Origin: Candidatus Hydrogenedentota bacterium
Lineage (GTDB): Bacteria > Hydrogenedentota > Hydrogenedentia > Hydrogenedentales > SLHB01
Direction of reading: 5' to 3'
DNA: 16,536 bases
Assembly (NCBI GenBank): GCA_029974275.1
Contig: JARKSN010000247.1
Location: 1-16,536, forward strand
Positions 1-5,562 of this stretch are shown piece by piece. Position 1 is the stretch's first letter. Each line of letters opens with the position of its first letter. A model generated the notes under the pieces. That model ran no database searches and was not told where the DNA came from. It saw nothing but the letters and a program-made list of their open reading frames with translations. Both the position numbers and the translations under genes were made by a program.

Positions 1-103
1 TGCATAGATTCAGCAGCCCGCACAGCAACGCGCAGTAGACGAGCATCTCTATGAGGGTATAACCCGTGTTTCCGGGCGCCGCGCGATGTCCGTTCCTGTC
101 CAT
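1..103 (-). CDS. Prepilin/pseudopilin-like protein, N-terminal part only (runs off the left edge)
   Basis: Not in the ORF track. Manual translation from ATG at 103 gives MDRNGHRAAPGNTG|YTLIEMLVYCALLCGLLNLC, a class III signal (G|aromatic-x-x-x-E) followed by a hydrophobic stretch. The ATG overlaps the upstream stop (TGATG) and is preceded by GGAGG. Confidence 0.85.
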   Translation of the reverse strand, partial: MDRNGHRAAPGNTGYTLIEMLVYCALLCGLLNLC

Positions 104-636
104 CACGCACCTCCCCTGTCTGCGATGAGCGTTTGCAACGATTTCGCGATCCGGGGGCCCTTGGCGACTTTCCACGCGATATGCACGCACACTTCCTTGA
201 GGCCAGGCGTTCCATCGGGCGCCGGCTGAATCGTCAGTGACGGTTGAACATCGACCAAACGATCGAGGCCTTCCGGTGCGTGTATGAACGCCGCGTTTTG
301 CCGGTCCGACAATTCGCTGAATTTCATTGCGCGCAGGGCTTCGATTTCATTTTGCAATGCCGTAGTCACGGCCTGCGTTTCGATAAACACACGCGAACTC
401 GCAAGGGAGTGCTGCATCATCTGAATCGTGGCAAACACCCCGCTGGTCACGATGGCGATGGCTGCGATCATTTCGAGTAAAGAGAAGCCGGAAGAGGAGG
501 ATTTTAACGCAGAGGCGCAGAGGCGCGGAGAAAGAGGAGAAGGAAGGATTCTCTTGGCCGCAGATCGACACAGATGAACACAGATAAGAGTTTCTTTTTC
601 TCTGCGCCTCTGCGCCTCTGCGTTAAAAGTCTTCAT
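103..636 (-). CDS. Prepilin/pseudopilin-like protein (minor pilin type) with a 50-aa repeat-derived leader
   Basis: G|FSLLEMIAAIAIV prepilin cleavage/methylation motif at residues 50-51. GGAGG RBS lies about 8 nt upstream of ATG 636, which is 3 nt downstream of the ATPase stop. No other in-frame ATG/GTG/TTG occurs before the motif. Confidence 0.88.
   Translation of the reverse strand: MKTFNAEAQRRREKETLICVHLCRSAAKRILPSPLSPRLCASALKSSSSGFSLLEMIAAIAIVTSGVFATIQMMQHSLASSRVFIETQAVTTALQNEIEALRAMKFSELSDRQNAAFIHAPEGLDRLVDVQPSLTIQPAPDGTPGLKEVCVHIAWKVAKGPRIAKSLQTLIADRGGA
502..628. repeat. Palindromic element A: 32-bp inverted arms of 8-bp tandem units, enclosing a solo 10-bp-period arm
   Basis: 502-533 TTTTAACGCAGAGGCGCAGAGGCGCGGAGAAA and 597-628 TTTCTCTGCGCCTCTGCGCCTCTGCGTTAAAA are reverse complements at 31/32 positions. 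Internal 558-590 reads CCGCAGATCG-ACACAGATGA-ACACAGATAA-GAG. Confidence 0.95.
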
Positions 637-639
637 CTT

Positions 640-1908
640 CTATCCCTCCGCCGCCGGCAGCACGCGTTGCAGCTCCTCGACCGTTGTGATGCCGCGCGCG
701 GCGCAGTGGAGAGCGGCGCGTTCGAGCGGGACCATGCCCTGGCCCAACGCGACGTCGTGCACCGTGCGCGTGCGCGACCGCGCCAACACGAGTTCCGCCA
801 GTTCCTCGTTCACGCGCAACGCCTCGCCGACGGCCGTACGCCCGGTATAGCCGATGCCCTTGCACGTCTCGCAACCGACGGCCTCGTACCATTCGCCGTT
901 CATCTCGTGCGCTCCGTAACGCGCGCAGAGATCGTTCGGCGGCGTCACGCGGCGTCGGCATTCGGGGCACACGACGCGCACAAGCCGTTGCGCAAGCACG
1001 CCGGTCACCGACGAAGCCACAAGAAACGGTTCGATGCCCATGTCGAGCAGTCGCGTAAAGACGCCCGCCGCCGTTCCGCTGTGAATCGTGCTGATCACGA
1101 GGTGACCGGTGAGGCCCGCTTGAACCGCGAGCCGCGCGGTCTCCGCGTCGCGAATCTCACCCAGCATGATGACCTCCGGGTCTTGTCGAAGGATTGCGCG
1201 AAACGCCGCGTCGAAGGTGAAACCCGACCCCGGCGCGATCTGCGTTTGCGACACGCCCGGCAGTTTGCACTCAACGGGGTCTTCAATCGTCACGATGTGC
1301 GCCGCGCGTCCACGCACCCGCGCGATTTCCTGCAACAACGCGTAGATGGTCGTCGTCTTGCCGCTCGAACTTGGCCCGGTGAGAAGCAACGTGCCCTGCG
1401 GTCGCGCGACGATCTCGCGCAGGCGCGTCACAATGGCGGCATCAAAGCCCAACGCGTCGAGTGCCGGTATCTCGCCCCGCGCGCCCAGCACGCGCACCAC
1501 GACCTTCTCGCCATGCACCGTCGGAAACAACGACACGCGCATCGCCTGCCCGCACGGCGTCGCGTCGGCGTCGATGCGCCCGTCCTGCGGCACGTCGCGC
1601 TGATAAACTGTGATCTTCGCAAGGATCTTCGTGCGTGCGACAATCTTCGCGTGGTGTTGTCGCGGCAACCGCGCGACCTCGTGCAGCAGACCGTCCACAC
1701 GCCACCGCACCGACGTCGCGTCCGCCCACGGCTCGATGTGGATATCGCCGACACCGTGCCGCACGGCCGCCAGGAACAACGCATTCAACGCGTTAGCGAC
1801 ACCCACCTCACCGGTGTCGAGCTCGGCCAACACCTGCGCCTCGACCGCCGCGAATGGGCCGGGCGCGCTGTCGGGCCTGTCGTTATCTAGAATGCGTAAC
1901 GTAACCAC
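640..1908 (-). CDS. GspE/PilB-family secretion/pilus assembly ATPase (short form, about 422 aa)
   Basis: DIHIEP, PQDGR, Walker A GPSSSGKTT, TIEDPVE Asp box, LRQDPEVIMLGEIRD Walker B, TGHLVISTIH His box and a CPEC...CETC Zn motif. Start set at GTG 1908, downstream of an AGGAGG RBS. The ORF-track start (1941) lies inside repeat B. Confidence 0.95.
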   Translation of the reverse strand: MVTLRILDNDRPDSAPGPFAAVEAQVLAELDTGEVGVANALNALFLAAVRHGVGDIHIEPWADATSVRWRVDGLLHEVARLPRQHHAKIVARTKILAKITVYQRDVPQDGRIDADATPCGQAMRVSLFPTVHGEKVVVRVLGARGEIPALDALGFDAAIVTRLREIVARPQGTLLLTGPSSSGKTTTIYALLQEIARVRGRAAHIVTIEDPVECKLPGVSQTQIAPGSGFTFDAAFRAILRQDPEVIMLGEIRDAETARLAVQAGLTGHLVISTIHSGTAAGVFTRLLDMGIEPFLVASSVTGVLAQRLVRVVCPECRRRVTPPNDLCARYGAHEMNGEWYEAVGCETCKGIGYTGRTAVGEALRVNEELAELVLARSRTRTVHDVALGQGMVPLERAALHCAARGITTVEELQRVLPAAEG

Positions 1909-1931
1909 GGATACCTCCTGATGAAGAAAGA

Positions 1932-2113
1932 AATGAACCACAGATGCACACAGATGGGCACAGATAAGAGAAGAATTTTTCGACAGGATTTACAGGATTA
2001 ACAAGATTAAAGAAAGAGGGAGCGTTTCCCCACGTTCTTAATCTTGTCAATCCTGTCGAAAACTCTTCGCTTTTCTTCCATCTGTGTGTATCTGTGTTCA
2101 TCTGTGGTTCATT
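1932..2113. repeat. Palindromic element B: outer 10-bp-period inverted arms nesting inner 9-bp-period inverted arms
   Basis: Outer arms 1932-1965 AATGAACCACAGATGCACACAGATGGGCACAGAT and 2080-2113 ATCTGTGTGTATCTGTGTTCATCTGTGGTTCATT (30/34 complementary). Inner arms 1977-2010 TTTTCGACAGGATTTACAGGATTAACAAGATTAA and 2038-2062 TTAATCTTGTCAATCCTGTCGAAAA (right arm one 9-bp unit shorter). A small GGGA/TCCC hairpin sits in the loop. Confidence 0.95.
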
Positions 2114-2120
2114 CTCTTTT

Positions 2121-3734
2121 TTATAAACTATAAAACAGCGTGTCCGACAGTTGTGAGATCACGCCGAGCGTCGCCACTTCGACCCACATAACACCAAGTC
2201 CAATAATCACCACACACAACGGCAACAGGATATCGAGGAGTATCCGCGCGCGTTTGCTGCTCTGTTGCCGGTAATGGCGTGCGACGTGGCCAAGGCACGA
2301 CGGCAACATCCCGGAGCTCTCACCAACCGCCGCCATCGAACGGAACGACGGCAAGAACAAGCGTTCGCGACGCAACGCATCGGCCAAGGACGTTCCCTGT
2401 TCGACCTTTGCCTGTATCCGTGTTAGCGCGCGCGCATATCCGCGACTGACCGATGCCTGCGCAACATCGCCCAGCGCGACATCCAGCGTGACGCCGTTCG
2501 CGAGCAGCCGTTCCAGCAGCAGACCGATATGTGCGAGATTGTTGCGTCGATAAAAGCCGCCGACCGACAGAAAAAGCCTGCTGCTTAAGGCGCGCGGCGA
2601 CACGATGAAGCGGCGAGAGATGGCGAGGCGGCTAAGCACGTGCCAGAATGTGACGAAAACGCAAAGTACAATGAAGAGAAAGAGGTAGTACTGCTGATAT
2701 TGGGATAAATGGATTTGCCTTTCGTTGTTCATGGTAAACGTGGTGAAGCCGAACAGCTTGCTCACAAATCCGCTGTGCGCTCTAAACAGCACGCCGAAGT
2801 CCATGACCATAGCCTCATACATTGGAAAAATCCAACTGGTGATAAAACTTATGAGGGTCACCAGCGCTGTAACCAGGAAAATAACATACGCCATCTGATT
2901 GCGGCGCGTGGTGCGGAACGCGATGTCGTCGCTGAGGTATACGGCGAGGTCTTTCAGCACGGTTTCGAGCGTGCCGGAACGTTCTCCCACGGCCACGAGG
3001 TCGGTATAGTACGTAGGGAAGAAGCGTGGACGTGTGCGCAGGGCGTCATGCAACGATAGCCCCTGTCGCAGGTCTCGCGCGATCCCGGAAAGCGACGATG
3101 CCGTCAGACCGTTGGGTGCATCGACCACGGCGCGCTCCAACGTGTCCGGCAAAAACGAGTTGCAGCGAATCGCGGATGCGAGCAGTTCGGTAACGTCTGC
3201 CAGCTCGCGTAGCCGCTTGAGCTTGCGGAAGACGATTAACGCGCGGCTACGTGCGCGGTTGGGCAGCAGCAAGACCAGCCAGACAATCCCAAGCGCGATC
3301 ACCATCGACTGAAGGAACCAAACCAGCATGTCTTCCGCGGGTAACCGCTCTTCGGTCAGGATGAACGCCACGTCCAGCAACAAGAACACAAGAAACATCG
3401 CGCCGATAAGACGGATATAGAATGTGCGCTTGCGCCAGAACGGCGACGGGCCGGAGGAAGCAGTTTCGAGGCGTTTGATAGGTTCTTTGGGCGGCTCAAC
3501 GGAGCGTTGCGCTCGCAGCAAATTGAGCGTCATTTCCAACAGAAGCAAACCCAAACCCAATGTCACTAAGGCCGCAACAATATAGCCTGCGATGACATCG
3601 CGCTGGACAAGCCAATAGGTCAACGCGCCCATGAGCAAGAAAGTCGCAGCGACAAACGCCGACACCCAGCCCGTGCTGACGGTTCGCCGCGTTCCGTCTC
3701 TGTCGCGCTTGTCGCGAAAATCGTCCTGCTTCAT
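2121..3734 (-). CDS. GspF/PilC-family platform protein with an extra N-terminal multi-TM extension (about 537 aa)
   Basis: Two T2SS-F repeats (GLSLHDALR...FFPTYYTDLVAVGERSGTL and GTSLADALR...MAAVGESSGML) with intervening TM segments. The likely start is ATG 3734, 2 nt after the upstream paralogue's stop. The longer ORF start overlaps the upstream gene. Confidence 0.88.
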   Translation of the reverse strand: MKQDDFRDKRDRDGTRRTVSTGWVSAFVAATFLLMGALTYWLVQRDVIAGYIVAALVTLGLGLLLLEMTLNLLRAQRSVEPPKEPIKRLETASSGPSPFWRKRTFYIRLIGAMFLVFLLLDVAFILTEERLPAEDMLVWFLQSMVIALGIVWLVLLLPNRARSRALIVFRKLKRLRELADVTELLASAIRCNSFLPDTLERAVVDAPNGLTASSLSGIARDLRQGLSLHDALRTRPRFFPTYYTDLVAVGERSGTLETVLKDLAVYLSDDIAFRTTRRNQMAYVIFLVTALVTLISFITSWIFPMYEAMVMDFGVLFRAHSGFVSKLFGFTTFTMNNERQIHLSQYQQYYLFLFIVLCVFVTFWHVLSRLAISRRFIVSPRALSSRLFLSVGGFYRRNNLAHIGLLLERLLANGVTLDVALGDVAQASVSRGYARALTRIQAKVEQGTSLADALRRERLFLPSFRSMAAVGESSGMLPSCLGHVARHYRQQSSKRARILLDILLPLCVVIIGLGVMWVEVATLGVISQLSDTLFYSL

Positions 3735-3736
3735 CG

Positions 3737-4948
3737 CTAGAACATCCCCGTTAGCGAATTCCCGCCCAGGAAAGTGGGCAGATAGATCGAGACCGCGATC
3801 GCCCCGACGGTCACTGCGATCACGATCAACAATGCCGGTGCCAAGGCCGCGCCGGCAAAGCGGTCGTAGTTCGCCACCCGCCGGTCGTATCCTTCCGCGA
3901 GAAACAGTAGCGTGTCGGCCATATCGCCACGCTCCTCCGCCGAACTCAGCATCCAACAGAACGCGCGCTCGAAACAGCCCGTTTCCTGCAACGACTCGCC
4001 CACGGGGGCTCCAAGCTCAATATTCGAAATGGCCTTGGTCGCGCCCGCGCGTAAACGTCCATCGCCCGCAGCTTCGGCGGCGATATCCAGCGCGTCCAGA
4101 ATCGGCACATCGCTCGATGCGAGCATTCCGAGCGCCCGCGTGAAACGCGCCATCGCGACCGCGCGGTGCATCCGGCCAAGGACAGGAAGGCGCGCCTTGA
4201 TCCAGTCCAGCGCAGGGAGACTTCGAGGCCCCGTCATTCCCCAGCCGCTCAGCAACCCAGCCGTGATGACGAGACCAAAAACCGCCCCCGCAATGGGGAA
4301 AAACCGGAAAAGAGGCAGCGTTGTTCTACTCGTAAGCGACTCGCCTAGCGACAGAAGCAAGCCCTGTTGCGCGCGGTATTCTGGCAAAACTTTCCACATG
4401 AGCAGCAGCAGCACCCCCAGCGCCACCGCTGACACGATCGCCGGATACGCCAGGGCCATTTGCATGCGGTCGCGCAGGGTGGCCATGCGTTGCGAGTATT
4501 GGACGAGGGTCGCGAAGACGCCGGGGAGGTTGCCGGTGCGTTCACCGGCGCGGACCATGCTAATGTAGACGGGCGGGAAGCTCGACTCGTGGATCATCAG
4601 GGCTTCTTCGAGCGAACTGCCGTGGGTGATGTGCTCGTGCATGTCTTCGAGCACGGCGCGAAGCTTGCGGCTAGACACGTCGCGCGCAAGGGCGGCGATG
4701 CTGGGCGCAAGCGGCAAACCGCTGCGGGTGATCGCGAGCATCTGTTCGTTGAAAAGTTCGAGGTCTTCCCAGGTCAGGCGCTGTTTTTGCCGTACGTAGC
4801 CCAGCCGCGCGATGACCGGCTCGACCTTGCTGACTTGCAGCCCCTGTTCTTGCAGCATTTGGACCACGCGTTGCTGCGTGGATTCCTCGATCTCGCCCTT
4901 GATGACGCGCCCGCCCGCGTCCACGGCTCGGTAACGAAATAGTTGCAT
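3737..4948 (-). CDS. GspF/PilC-family platform protein (about 403 aa)
   Basis: Canonical N-terminus MQLFRYRAVDAGGRVIKGEIE, then FPPVYISMVRAGERTGNL, ALAYPAIV, ARFTRALG and a C-terminal SIYLP. RBS GGAGAAGGA precedes ATG 4948. Confidence 0.93.
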   Translation of the reverse strand: MQLFRYRAVDAGGRVIKGEIEESTQQRVVQMLQEQGLQVSKVEPVIARLGYVRQKQRLTWEDLELFNEQMLAITRSGLPLAPSIAALARDVSSRKLRAVLEDMHEHITHGSSLEEALMIHESSFPPVYISMVRAGERTGNLPGVFATLVQYSQRMATLRDRMQMALAYPAIVSAVALGVLLLLMWKVLPEYRAQQGLLLSLGESLTSRTTLPLFRFFPIAGAVFGLVITAGLLSGWGMTGPRSLPALDWIKARLPVLGRMHRAVAMARFTRALGMLASSDVPILDALDIAAEAAGDGRLRAGATKAISNIELGAPVGESLQETGCFERAFCWMLSSAEERGDMADTLLFLAEGYDRRVANYDRFAGAALAPALLIVIAVTVGAIAVSIYLPTFLGGNSLTGMF

Positions 4949-5246
4949 GTCCTTCTCCCGTGAAGCCGCCTGGAAACGCTTTTCGCATACATATGACCGT
5001 CCGGCGCCAAGGCGATCACGCGAAACGCATATTCCCGGTCGAGAGTGGGGGGGGCAGGCTTCTGTTGAGGCGGTCCGGGCGGTTTGCCGCAACGTGCTGC
5101 GTGTGTTTTCACGTTGGATGCATACGGCATGTTCCCGTTCCGTGCGTCTTGACGGGGATGCGAGTCGTCGCATTCACATTTCGATTCGTCCGAACTTCTC
5201 GTCCCATTTTTCGCGCCGGTTTTGCCGTCTCGTTCATTCCTTTGTC

Positions 5247-5417
5247 TTTGTAGCGCCCGGTCTCTGTGCCGGGCGCATGTTGGGGCAAACGACACGACGC
5301 CATCCCTATCGCTCTGGATCAGAGTGACCAGAATGTCCCATCCCTCAAACTGACTTGGCGCACGAATATCGACCCTTGCGCCCAGACGCGCCCGGCACGG
5401 AGACCGGGCGCTACAAA
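5247..5417. repeat. Inverted REP doublet (REPIN-like), GTAG family
   Basis: 5250-5276 GTAGCGCCCGGTCTCTGTGCCGGGCGC and the reverse complement of 5388-5414, GTAGCGCCCGGTCTCCGTGCCGGGCGC, are 26/27 identical. Each is GTAG plus an 8-bp-stem hairpin (GCGCCCGG/CCGGGCGC). The pair is flanked by TTT/AAA with a 111-bp spacer. Confidence 0.85.
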
Positions 5418-5512
5418 AAAGTCGCCGATGACCATTCTCATGCGCAAGTGTTCGGTTTTTGAACACGATCCGTCAACGGGGATCGTTTTCATGACGAAAG
5501 GACAGGCGAGAA

Positions 5513-5528
5513 TGATACAATGTGTATC
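5513..5528 (+). promoter_or_regulatory. Candidate extended -10 promoter (TGnTACAAT) with an overlapping palindrome GATACA-N3-TGTATC
   Basis: TGATACAAT at 5513-5521, about 40 bp upstream of the ATG at 5563. A perfect 6-3-6 inverted repeat spans 5514-5528. Confidence 0.5.
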
Positions 5529-5562
5529 GAGAATGATTGGGGCATCGAGAAGGAGAGTTTTC

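Noticed and set aside
574..1890. 438-aa plus-strand ORF
   Set aside because: Antisense shadow of the ATPase gene in GC-rich DNA. It starts inside repeat A and has no recognisable motifs.
1883..2101. 72-aa minus-strand ORF (MNTDTHR...NPVNPV...LCPSVCICG)
   Set aside because: It is just the translation of palindromic element B, with no convincing RBS or independent coding evidence.
502..2113. Repeats considered as a CRISPR array or DGR template/variable repeats
   Set aside because: They are inverted arms of tandem 8-10-mers without unique spacers. There is no cas or reverse transcriptase gene and no adenine-specific mismatch pattern.
5047..5054. G8 homopolymer about 100 bp upstream of the pilus operon as a phase-variation tract
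   Set aside because: Short, non-coding and not placed between recognisable promoter elements. It would need read-level length variation as support.
5195..5226. Minus-strand GGCAAAACCGGCGCGAAAAATGGGACGAGAAG resembling the start of a c-di-GMP-I riboswitch upstream of pilus genes
   Set aside because: The stem around the GAAA loop does not pair, the GACGCAAA motif is broken, and no second hairpin or closing strand is visible. A cmscan against the Rfam c-di-GMP-I model would settle it.
5266..5562. N-terminal 99-aa extension of the 1093-aa ORF (likewise the 4949-5173 extension of pilC)
   Set aside because: These run through intergenic or REP DNA. RBS, signal peptide and family N-termini support starts at 5563 and 4948.
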